Source of the DNA: a virus
Virus genome (UHGV): UHGV-1317269
Reading direction: 5' to 3' (one strand)
DNA length: 23,043 nt
A program made the position numbers and the translations under genes. Positions 1 to 6,983 of this stretch are shown piece by piece (positions within the stretch are counted from its first letter, which is position 1; each line of letters opens with the position of its first letter). The notes under the pieces were generated by a model. That model was given only the letters and a program-made list of their open reading frames with translations. It was not told the origin of the DNA and ran no database searches.

Positions 1-5
1 TAATC

Positions 6-203
6 ATGCTGGCGCAACATGCTCTGCTTATAGCAATTTCAAGCGACTTAAATGCATATGGTGTTGTGTGTGAGTTCGACTGGAATGATGGAAATGGTCA
101 GGAAGGATGGCCTCCAATGGATGGTAGTGAAGGAATAAGAATTACCGATATCGACACATCTGGAATATTTGATTCAGATGATATGACTATCAAAGCCGCC
201 TGA
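6..203 (+). CDS. hypothetical early protein; frame is open to the window start, so the true start may lie upstream
   Basis: ORF in the same orientation as the early operon; acidic C-terminus; followed by a hairpin at 192-213. Confidence 0.3.
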   Translation: MLAQHALLIAISSDLNAYGVVCEFDWNDGNGQEGWPPMDGSEGIRITDIDTSGIFDSDDMTIKAA

Positions 204-278
204 GCGCGGCTTTACCGCATACCAATAACGCTTCACTCGAGGCGTTTTCGTTATGCAATCAAACAGAAGGAGCATCCT

Positions 279-449
279 ATGCAACAGTTCGCTATTGCAG
301 GGGCGGCATCGGTTCGCCCTTTCAACCCGATTTTATCGGTGCAGCATTCACGAAAAAATATTTTAACCGGAGCAGACTTTAAACAACCAAGAATGAAAAG
401 TTTGCTCGAAAAGCTTTGGGATATTTTGAAACAACAAGGCCGTCCATGA
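279..449 (+). CDS. small hypothetical protein (56 aa)
   Basis: ATG at 279 preceded by AAGGAG at 268-273 (5-nt spacer); stop TGA overlaps the next ATG (ATGA), typical phage early-operon coupling. Below the ORF-track size cutoff. Confidence 0.35.
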   Translation: MQQFAIAGAASVRPFNPILSVQHSRKNILTGADFKQPRMKSLLEKLWDILKQQGRP

Positions 450-530
450 GTTTTACGGATAACTGGTCAGACGAAGAATTCATTCGTCAGATGAACAAAA
501 TGCTCAATCAGCACAAAGAACAGGAGAAAG

Positions 531-842
531 ATGATGATTCTGACTCTGAATGATAAGCGTGAAATATCGCAAATAATCGCAAGTTTTACTGATGAAGATT
601 ACGAGCGAATCAACAGTGAAGTTGATCGCCTCTGCAAACGTTGCGACCCAATAAGCGAAATGCTTCGCTCATATAAACCAGATGAACACACTAAGGACGC
701 TATCGACTGGCTGGAAGATGATGACTGTAACTATCAGGAAAAAGCCGCTGAATGGTTCTGGGATGCAATAACCGAAAGAGTTAAGGCTGAATATGCCTTC
801 GCAATATTCAAACGCAGACACATTTTTGGAGAAGCAGCATGA
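531..842 (+). CDS. hypothetical protein (103 aa) immediately upstream of recT
   Basis: AGGAG at 520-524, 6 nt before ATG 531; stop overlaps the recT start (ATGA at 839-842). Confidence 0.5.
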   Translation: MMILTLNDKREISQIIASFTDEDYERINSEVDRLCKRCDPISEMLRSYKPDEHTKDAIDWLEDDDCNYQEKAAEWFWDAITERVKAEYAFAIFKRRHIFGEAA

Positions 843-1741
843 GCAATATCGTTGAATTCGTTAAACAGCAAGAGCAGTTATTCTGCGGAGCATTGACTGA
901 ACAGACGGTGACATGGGCTAAGGAAAGCCAGTTTGCAATTCAGTATTTCCAGAAAAATGATTACCTGGCTAAAACGGCACTGGCAAATCCAACCAGCGCA
1001 CAGAACGCCATCATCAATGTTGCGGCGATCGGCATCACCTTAAACCCGGCCAGCAAACTTGCTTATCTAGTTCCGCGCGACGGCATGGTTTGCCTTGATA
1101 TCAGCTATATGGGATTACTTCACCTTGCACAGTCGACAGGATCAATTAAGTGGGGGCAATGTAAACTGGTGTACTCAAACGACACCTATGAATCAAACGG
1201 CCTTGATTCAGCGCCAACCCACAAATACACCGCATTTGGTGAGCGAGGCTCTATTGTTGGTGGTTATTGCACGGTTAAAACAGCAGATGGTGACTACCTG
1301 ACTGAAGAAATGAGTCTGGCAGAAATTAAAGCTGTGGAAGCAACGAGCAAGGCAAAGAATGGACCGTGGAAGACATTCTGGGAAGAGATGGCACGTAAAA
1401 CAATAGTTAAACGCGCCAGCAAATACTGGCCTAAAGCATCACGTCTTGATAGTGCTATTCACGTATTAAATGAAGAAGAAGGTGTATGGACTGAACCAGT
1501 TATGCCGCACAAATCAGAGGAAGATATACGCGAAGATGAACGGAAACGCCAGCAGGAAATAATGGATAAAGCACAACTTCTTTGTGATGAAATGGCTCAG
1601 GCAGAAAACATGGATGATTTGAAGCGATATTTTGCAGAAGCATATCGCCTGACAGCTGGAATGAAATTGCAGCAGAACGTACAAGCCATTTACGCAGAAT
1701 GCAAAGCGAAACTGGAGGTTGCCAGTGAGCAAACTGTATGA
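839..1741 (+). CDS. recT: RecT-family single-strand annealing recombinase
   Basis: 300 aa; contains NGPWKTFWEEMARKTIVKRASKYWP, which matches the conserved RecT-family block (E. coli RecT GPWVTHWEEMAKKTAIRRLFKYLP as I recall it); GGAG 8 nt upstream. Confidence 0.8.
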   Translation: MSNIVEFVKQQEQLFCGALTEQTVTWAKESQFAIQYFQKNDYLAKTALANPTSAQNAIINVAAIGITLNPASKLAYLVPRDGMVCLDISYMGLLHLAQSTGSIKWGQCKLVYSNDTYESNGLDSAPTHKYTAFGERGSIVGGYCTVKTADGDYLTEEMSLAEIKAVEATSKAKNGPWKTFWEEMARKTIVKRASKYWPKASRLDSAIHVLNEEEGVWTEPVMPHKSEEDIREDERKRQQEIMDKAQLLCDEMAQAENMDDLKRYFAEAYRLTAGMKLQQNVQAIYAECKAKLEVASEQTV

Positions 1742-2207
1742 AATTGCCAATGAATACGCAAAATTGATGGATTCAGATTTAGAGCCAGAGATGATTGCTG
1801 ACACAATAGAAGGCATGGAAGGAGAATTTACCGATAAAATAGAGCAACTTCTCGCCATTATTAAAAATGAATCTGGTTATGCTGAACGCCTCAAGGAAGA
1901 GGCAAAGTCACTAAATGAGCGAGCCGCAGTAATTCAAAATAAGATTGACAGCATTATGGCGTATATAGCGTCATCGCTTGAAATGGTTGGCAAGAAAAAG
2001 ATTCGAGCAGGTATTCACCAGGTAACAATCCGCAAACCGTCAGAAACTGTAGAAATCATCGACTCAAGCGCCATTCCTCCTGAATACGTTGAGTTTGAAA
2101 CGACAATTAAAGCCGACAAACTGGCAATCAAACACCAACTAAAAGCAGGAATAAATATCCCCGGTGCTCAACTCAAAGTTGGGAAACCTTCACTTCTTAT
2201 CAAATAA
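1725..2207 (+). CDS. Siphovirus Gp157-like protein (commonly paired with RecT/Sak recombinases)
   Basis: N-terminal SKLYEIANEYAKLMD and overall size fit the Gp157 family as I recall it; GTG at 1725 sits 6 nt after GGAGG (1714-1718); the TTG at 1719 used by the ORF track is less likely. Confidence 0.55.
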   Translation: MSKLYEIANEYAKLMDSDLEPEMIADTIEGMEGEFTDKIEQLLAIIKNESGYAERLKEEAKSLNERAAVIQNKIDSIMAYIASSLEMVGKKKIRAGIHQVTIRKPSETVEIIDSSAIPPEYVEFETTIKADKLAIKHQLKAGINIPGAQLKVGKPSLLIK

Positions 2208-2218
2208 TTGTATCGCCT

Positions 2219-2533
2219 ATGAAAAAGACTCCATGGGAGAAATGGGAAGTCGATTTCTTGCGCGAAGTGGCGGCGACAATGCCAGTTGAAGTTATCGCTG
2301 AAAAACTGGAAAGGACTGAAAAAGCAGTAATGGCGAAAGCAACAAGGATTGGCGCTGACATTGTTAGCCGACTTCGTGGAAGACGATGGACAAGAGCCGA
2401 AGTATCACTTTTCGGTAAGTTCTCCGCAGAAGAAATAGCAATTGCAACCTGCCGCTCAATTTATTCAGTAAGAGCTATGCGATACAAGCTAAAAAAACTC
2501 GATGAAGAGAGAACAGGCATACGAATAAATTAA
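2219..2533 (+). CDS. hypothetical protein with two tandem Trp-anchored helix-rich repeats (possible Myb/SANT-like DNA-binding protein)
   Basis: 104 aa; two ~40-aa repeats of pattern W-x3-EV-x-(F/L)-...-E(V/I)(I)A-...-R(T/S)-...-V-x-A(K/M)-x-(T/Y)(R/K)(I/L). Confidence 0.4.
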   Translation: MKKTPWEKWEVDFLREVAATMPVEVIAEKLERTEKAVMAKATRIGADIVSRLRGRRWTRAEVSLFGKFSAEEIAIATCRSIYSVRAMRYKLKKLDEERTGIRIN

Positions 2534-2692
2534 CAAAGAGGAATTTACCATGAGAGGACTTGCATACAATCCCGGCATTCTTCCAGCAGAAATGATTATT
2601 CGCCAACGCGTAAAGCCAATGCCATCGAGAGAGGAATTGCTTAAGAGAAATTCTTTTCCATCAGTGAATCAAAACAAATATCTGAATGCGAT

Positions 2693-3298
2693 GTGGCGGA
2701 GTGGGAAGAAATGAAACAAATGTCACTAATTGAGATGGATGGTTTTCTGAAAGGTAAATGCATCCCACGAGATTTAAAGGTTAACGAAACAAATGCTGAA
2801 TATCTGGTGCGTAAATTTGCTGAAGCGGAGGCCAAGATTTCGGCTCTGTCCGAAGACCAGCAGAGAGCGATTGAGTCAATTAAGCAGGCTGATGCAGCTG
2901 TTAAGTTGGCACACGAGAAGTTTTCGGCGCTTGCGGCGGAGAATGCGGCAATGCATGAAACTATTGAAGCCGTTCGGAGTGTTGCGGATAACTCCAGTGG
3001 AATTGCCGGATGGCATTTGAATGGCGATATCGCTACATGGGAAGAGATTCTTCCTGAAATTAACGATATCGAAACTCCAGCTACCGATGCTTTCCTGTCT
3101 GAAGTGCGGGCGCAGGGGGTGGATGCTGCTATAGAAGCTGCAAAAAATCTGGTGGCCCAAGAATATGAGTATAAGGATTTCAAAGCGGCGCAGAGTGATT
3201 GCTGTATGCACCCTGGTTCAGACCTGGTAGGGAAGGTTGAAATGACTGAGTGGTTAGTTGACTTTGCTGCCCAGCTTCGCAAAGGAGGCAACCAGTGA
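2693..3298 (+). CDS. hypothetical ea-region protein (coiled-coil rich); start uncertain (GTG 2693 or ATG 2711)
   Basis: 201-aa ORF, same strand as the early operon; stop overlaps the next gene start. Confidence 0.45.
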   Translation: MAEWEEMKQMSLIEMDGFLKGKCIPRDLKVNETNAEYLVRKFAEAEAKISALSEDQQRAIESIKQADAAVKLAHEKFSALAAENAAMHETIEAVRSVADNSSGIAGWHLNGDIATWEEILPEINDIETPATDAFLSEVRAQGVDAAIEAAKNLVAQEYEYKDFKAAQSDCCMHPGSDLVGKVEMTEWLVDFAAQLRKGGNQ

Positions 3299-4338
3299 GC
3301 CAGATTGATTATCAGGCACTGCGTGCTAAGGCAGAAAAAGCAACGTGTGGCGAGTGGTCGCTCGAATATGGAGAGGGCCGATTTGATGGTGATGATGCTC
3401 TAATTCATCGCGAGGCTGCTGGATATATTCCCATTTGCAGAATTGAAGGGGCGCATCCAGAAAGCGGTTTCGATGAAGATTTCCAAATGGAACAGCAGGC
3501 CAATGCTGAATTCATCGCCGCAGCCAATCCCGCTACCGTCTTGGCGCTGCTGGATGAGCTGGAAAGAAACCAGCAATACATCAAACGCCGCGACCAGGAG
3601 AACGAGGATATTGCGCTTACGGTAGGGAAGCTGCGCGTTGAGCTTGAAGCAGCAAAATCAAAACTCAACGAGCAGCGTGAGTATTACGAGGGCGTTATCT
3701 CGGATGGGAGTAAGCGTATTGCTGAACTGGAGAAAAGCGAAGAGCAACTCATCAACGAGCGTGACCATGCTGAGTATGCTTTAGCTGATATGTATTTTGC
3801 AGCAACCGGGAACAGGCCGGAATGGAGTAACTGTTTCAGTTTTTCAGATGCAGTAGATGCCGTAGTTGACAGAATTGCTGATTTAGAAGCTAAACAGCCA
3901 TCGCCAGTAGTACCGGAAGAAAAACCAATGCCGAACCCTCTTAGCATGTATGCGGTTGATGCGGTTGCAGCTATTGCAGAGGTGAGAGGCTGGAACGCCT
4001 GTCGTGCCGCCATGCTTCATGGTGCCAAACCTGTAAGCCAGACTTACAAGTTGAACAAGCTGTCGGGCAACTCTCCGGTAACTCCGGATGGTTGGGTCAT
4101 GGTGCCGAAGAGACTAACAGCCGAGAACGGCGCTAAGGGTGCGCTATCCGGTGAATTTTCAGAAACTACGTTTATCAGCTGCCCGGAATGCTTTGGCGAT
4201 GATGATTGCGATACCTGTGACGGTAGCGGGCGGATTGAAATTAAAGTACCAGTCACATGGACGACCATAAAATCCATCTGGGATAAAGGTATTGCGTATT
4301 TTGCAGCAGAACCGCCGCAGGAGGTTAACCTTGGCTAA
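3295..4338 (+). CDS. Ead/Ea22-like family protein
   Basis: 347 aa; GTG start at 3295 with AAGGAGG at 3282-3288; the block NAEFIAAANPATVLALLDELERNQQ followed by coiled-coil is typical of lambdoid Ea22-like proteins; C-terminal Cys-rich CPECFGDDDCDTCDGSG motif. Confidence 0.55.
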   Translation: MSQIDYQALRAKAEKATCGEWSLEYGEGRFDGDDALIHREAAGYIPICRIEGAHPESGFDEDFQMEQQANAEFIAAANPATVLALLDELERNQQYIKRRDQENEDIALTVGKLRVELEAAKSKLNEQREYYEGVISDGSKRIAELEKSEEQLINERDHAEYALADMYFAATGNRPEWSNCFSFSDAVDAVVDRIADLEAKQPSPVVPEEKPMPNPLSMYAVDAVAAIAEVRGWNACRAAMLHGAKPVSQTYKLNKLSGNSPVTPDGWVMVPKRLTAENGAKGALSGEFSETTFISCPECFGDDDCDTCDGSGRIEIKVPVTWTTIKSIWDKGIAYFAAEPPQEVNLG

Positions 4339-4615
4339 CCTACAACTTGCCGTTAAAGGTGAATACTTCGATGCCATGATTCGCAGAGAGAAAACGGAAG
4401 AGTATCGCCTGTGTAATGACTACTGGAATAAGCGAATTATGTTCCGGGAGTATGATCGCCTGATTATCACAAAGGGATATCCGAAGCGCGACGATTCCAG
4501 CCGTAGAATTGATGTTCCGTATGACGGATATGAAATCAAGACAATCACACATCCGCACTTCGGCGATAAACCGGTAAAGGTGTTCGCGATAAAGGTGAAT
4601 ATCGGCAATGAATAA
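4331..4615 (+). CDS. ASCH/PUA-like (DUF3850-like) domain protein
   Basis: TTG start at 4331, 6 nt after AGGAGG (4319-4324); overlaps the upstream stop by 8 nt; LQLAVKGEYFDAMIRREKTEEYR resembles the ASCH-like N-terminal beta-barrel motif. Confidence 0.45.
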   Translation: MANLQLAVKGEYFDAMIRREKTEEYRLCNDYWNKRIMFREYDRLIITKGYPKRDDSSRRIDVPYDGYEIKTITHPHFGDKPVKVFAIKVNIGNE

Positions 4616-4649
4616 CAATCCTCGAACTCGCGGGGATTTCTTTTATCTG

Positions 4650-4675
4650 AACTCGCTACGGCGAGTTTTGTTTTA
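4650..4675 (+). terminator. putative intrinsic terminator (AACTCGC-tacg-GCGAGTT followed by TTGTTTT)
   Basis: 7-bp perfect stem, 4-nt loop, T-rich tail, directly after the ASCH-like gene. Confidence 0.45.
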
Positions 4676-4687
4676 TGGAGATGATAA

Positions 4688-4855
4688 ATGCACTTCCGAG
4701 TTACAGGTGAATGGAATGGAGAACCATTCAACAGAGTTATCGAAGCAGAGAACATCAATGACTGCTATGACCACTGGATGCTGTGGGTGCAGATAGCACA
4801 TGCAGACGTAACCAATATTCGAATTGAAGAACTGAAAGAACACCAAAACGCCTGA
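4688..4855 (+). CDS. small hypothetical protein (55 aa, MHFRVTGEWNGEPF...)
   Basis: ATG 4688 with GGAG at 4677-4680 (7-nt spacer); ends at TGA 4853-4855 inside a terminator hairpin; below the ORF-track cutoff. Confidence 0.35.
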   Translation: MHFRVTGEWNGEPFNRVIEAENINDCYDHWMLWVQIAHADVTNIRIEELKEHQNA

Positions 4856-4868
4856 TGGCGGTTTTTTT
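4845..4868 (+). terminator. putative intrinsic terminator (AAAACGCC-tgat-GGCGG followed by T7)
   Basis: GC stem followed by a run of seven T at 4862-4868. Confidence 0.45.
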
Positions 4869-4879
4869 GGGGGTAGTAG

Positions 4880-5095
4880 ATGGCTGCAATTCACATTGTA
4901 TCAATAACATGCAATGCAATTCAGATAGTTGCTTGCATTATCTTTGTTTTCTCAATCCTTCGCTCCCGACGATATTCTCCAGCAATTAACCGACATCCTG
5001 CACAAGTTGAAGCCGTCAGGATGGCTATAGAGTTACGAAATGAGATGAATAAGGCATTAATGGAGATGGAGAAACCATTCACTGACAAACATTAA
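4880..5095 (+). CDS. hypothetical small protein with hydrophobic N-terminal segment
   Basis: 71-aa ORF directly after the terminator; N-terminus IVSITCNAIQIVACIIFVFSIL looks like a transmembrane helix. Confidence 0.3.
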   Translation: MAAIHIVSITCNAIQIVACIIFVFSILRSRRYSPAINRHPAQVEAVRMAIELRNEMNKALMEMEKPFTDKH

Positions 5096-5203
5096 GAGTG
5101 GAAATAAAGAAATCACACCGCCTCACACTCGATGAGGCCTGTTCATTTCTCAAGATATCCAGACCTACCGCAATAATACCAATTCAATAAATGGAGATTC
5201 CAA

Positions 5204-5551
5204 GTGGAAGAAGAAATCTTCACTCGTGAAGAAGCTGCGTCGTATCTGAAGGTAGACAAAGGCACTATCACGCAGTGGATACGAAGTGGACGACTTCAGG
5301 CCGCAAAGATAAATCCAGATAAACCTAAAAGCCCATATCGCATTTGCAAGTCAGACTGCATTGCGGCGCTTAAGTCTGTGAGACACAATAGCGCGGTGAA
5401 TGCGGTTGATGTGCAGGAGGTTAAAGCATGTCAATCAAACTACGCGGTGGCACGTGGCACTGCGATTTCGTCGCGCCAGATGGATCAAGAGTTAGACGCT
5501 CTCTTGAAACATCGGACAAAAGGCAAGCGCAAGAACTTCACGATCGTCTGA
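5204..5551 (+). CDS. xis: excisionase (P22 Xis-like, HTH)
   Basis: 115 aa; GTG start 7 nt after GGAG (5193-5196); HTH-like EEAASYLKVDKGTITQWIRSGRL; sits immediately upstream of int and overlaps it by 124 nt in another frame, as in P22. Confidence 0.65.
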   Translation: MEEEIFTREEAASYLKVDKGTITQWIRSGRLQAAKINPDKPKSPYRICKSDCIAALKSVRHNSAVNAVDVQEVKACQSNYAVARGTAISSRQMDQELDALLKHRTKGKRKNFTIV

Positions 5552-6588
5552 AAGCAGAAGCGTGGAGAGTAAAAAATCTCGGGGAATCGCCGAAAAAGCT
5601 ATTCAAGGAAGCCTGCATACGGTGGCTGCGTGAGAAATCGGATAAGAAGTCCATTGATGATGACAAGAGCATTATATCGTTCTGGATGTTGCACTTCAGA
5701 GAAACCATTCTCTCTGACATAACAACAGAAAAAATAATGGAGGCGGTAGACGGGATGGAAAACCGCCGCCATCGCCTGAACTGGGAGATGAGCCGGGACA
5801 GGTGTTTGCGGCTTGGCAAGCCAGTGCCGGAGTATAAACCAAAGCTGGCAAGCAAAGGAACGAAGACGAGGCATCTGGCAATACTTCGCGCCATTCTCAA
5901 TATGGCTGTTGAATGGGGATGGATTGACAGGGCGCCAAAAATATCAACACCACGCGTTAAGAATGGACGCATTAGATGGCTTACAGAAGAAGAATCAAAG
6001 CGCCTGTTTGCAGAAATAGCTCCTCATTTCTTCCCTGTTGTCATGTTTGCAATCACGACAGGCCTTCGCCGCTCCAACGTTACAGACCTTGAGTGGTCAC
6101 AGGTCGATCTGGATAAGAAAATGGCATGGATGCACCCTGATGAAACAAAAGCTGGCAATGCGATCGGAGTTCCTCTTAACGAAACCGCATGCCAGATATT
6201 AAGAAAACAGCAGGGTCTCCATAAGAGATGGGTATTTGTCCACACCAAACCTGCCTACCGAAGCGACGGAACAAAAACAGCAGCGGTAAGGAAGATGAGA
6301 ACCGACAGCAACAAGGCATGGAAGGGAGCGTTAAAGCGGGCAGGCATTAGCAACTTCCGATTCCATGACTTGAGGCATACTTGGGCAAGCTGGCTGGTTC
6401 AGTCCGGTGTCTCTCTTCTTGCACTTAAAGAGATGGGAGGATGGGAAACTCTCGAAATGGTTCAAAGATACGCTCACCTTTCAGCCGGGCATCTCACCGA
6501 GCACGCGAGCAAAATCGATGCGATTATAAGTCGCAATGGCACAAATACGGCACAAGAGGAGAACGTGGTTTACTTAAATGTGAGGTAA
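5428..6588 (+). CDS. int: tyrosine site-specific integrase (phage integrase family)
   Basis: 386 aa; AGGAGG 7 nt upstream; catalytic signature residues visible (TGLRRSNV, HDLRHTWAS, VQRYAHL); transcribed towards the att core that starts 15 nt after its stop. Confidence 0.92.
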   Translation: MSIKLRGGTWHCDFVAPDGSRVRRSLETSDKRQAQELHDRLKAEAWRVKNLGESPKKLFKEACIRWLREKSDKKSIDDDKSIISFWMLHFRETILSDITTEKIMEAVDGMENRRHRLNWEMSRDRCLRLGKPVPEYKPKLASKGTKTRHLAILRAILNMAVEWGWIDRAPKISTPRVKNGRIRWLTEEESKRLFAEIAPHFFPVVMFAITTGLRRSNVTDLEWSQVDLDKKMAWMHPDETKAGNAIGVPLNETACQILRKQQGLHKRWVFVHTKPAYRSDGTKTAAVRKMRTDSNKAWKGALKRAGISNFRFHDLRHTWASWLVQSGVSLLALKEMGGWETLEMVQRYAHLSAGHLTEHASKIDAIISRNGTNTAQEENVVYLNVR

Positions 6589-6602
6589 CTTATTGATTTA
6601 AA

Positions 6603-6648
6603 TGGTGCCGATAATAGGAGTCGAACCTACGACCTTCGCATTACGAAT
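6603..6648 (-). other. attP core: 46 nt identical to the 3' part (anticodon loop through CCA) of a tRNA-Thr(CGU) gene, thrW-type; not a complete tRNA
   Basis: Reverse complement reads ATTCGTAATGCGAAGGTCGTAGGTTCGACTCCTATTATCGGCACCA: anticodon loop with CGT, T-arm GGTTCGACTCC and 3' CCA; the 5' half of the tRNA is absent (homology stops at 6648). Confidence 0.8.
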
Positions 6649-6931
6649 CTGTAGCACCTATCATAACTATCTGTTTTAGCAAGCATTAACCGCATTCACT
6701 AAGCTATAGTTGATGGCACAAACAGAAAGCTGATGCATGATGTTGTCATGTGTATGTCACAAATACGGCACAACGATCTTCAAACATGTAGCCACACATC
6801 AACAGAAGAGCACAACGCCTTGCAATCAAGTGCAAAGCTTTGTGTGCATCAGTTTTGTCTCATAGGTAATGAGGCTTTAACTGCGATGCAGTAATCCATA
6901 CTAAAATTTACTTAAAATTCATAAATACACC

Positions 6932-6965
6932 AGATAAAAACAATCCCGCATTTTTTATGCGGGAT
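6932..6965 (-). terminator. intrinsic terminator downstream of the tailspike gene
   Basis: ATCCCGCA-ttttta-TGCGGGAT hairpin (6943-6965) followed on the minus strand by TTGTTTTTAT. Confidence 0.55.
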
Positions 6966-6983
6966 ATACTGCATTTATTGCAA

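Noticed and set aside
192-213. Hairpin AAAGCCGC...GCGGCTTT after the first ORF as a terminator
   Set aside because: Good stem but no U-rich tail on either strand, so it is not a convincing intrinsic terminator.
446-556. 36-aa ORF coupled to the stop of the 279-449 ORF
   Set aside because: Very short, weak RBS, and largely overlapped by the better-supported 531-842 ORF; not reported as a feature.
2641-3291. 216-aa minus-strand ORF (and nested 2876-3211) opposite the ea-region genes
   Set aside because: Antisense shadow of the plus-strand gene 2693-3298; Ser/Ala-rich low-complexity translation, no RBS, and it would run against the early operon.
4608-4796. 62-aa plus-strand ORF MNNNPRTRGDFFYLNS...
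   Set aside because: It reads straight through the terminator hairpin at 4650-4675; the RBS-led 4688-4855 frame is the better candidate in this interval.
5538-5972. Minus-strand ORFs (144, 91, 61 aa) inside int
   Set aside because: Embedded antisense to a confidently identified integrase gene; no independent support.
6603-6660. Possible complete tRNA gene
   Set aside because: Only the anticodon-loop-to-CCA half matches a tRNA; the 5' half (D-arm, 5' acceptor strand) is absent, so this is an att core, not a tRNA gene.
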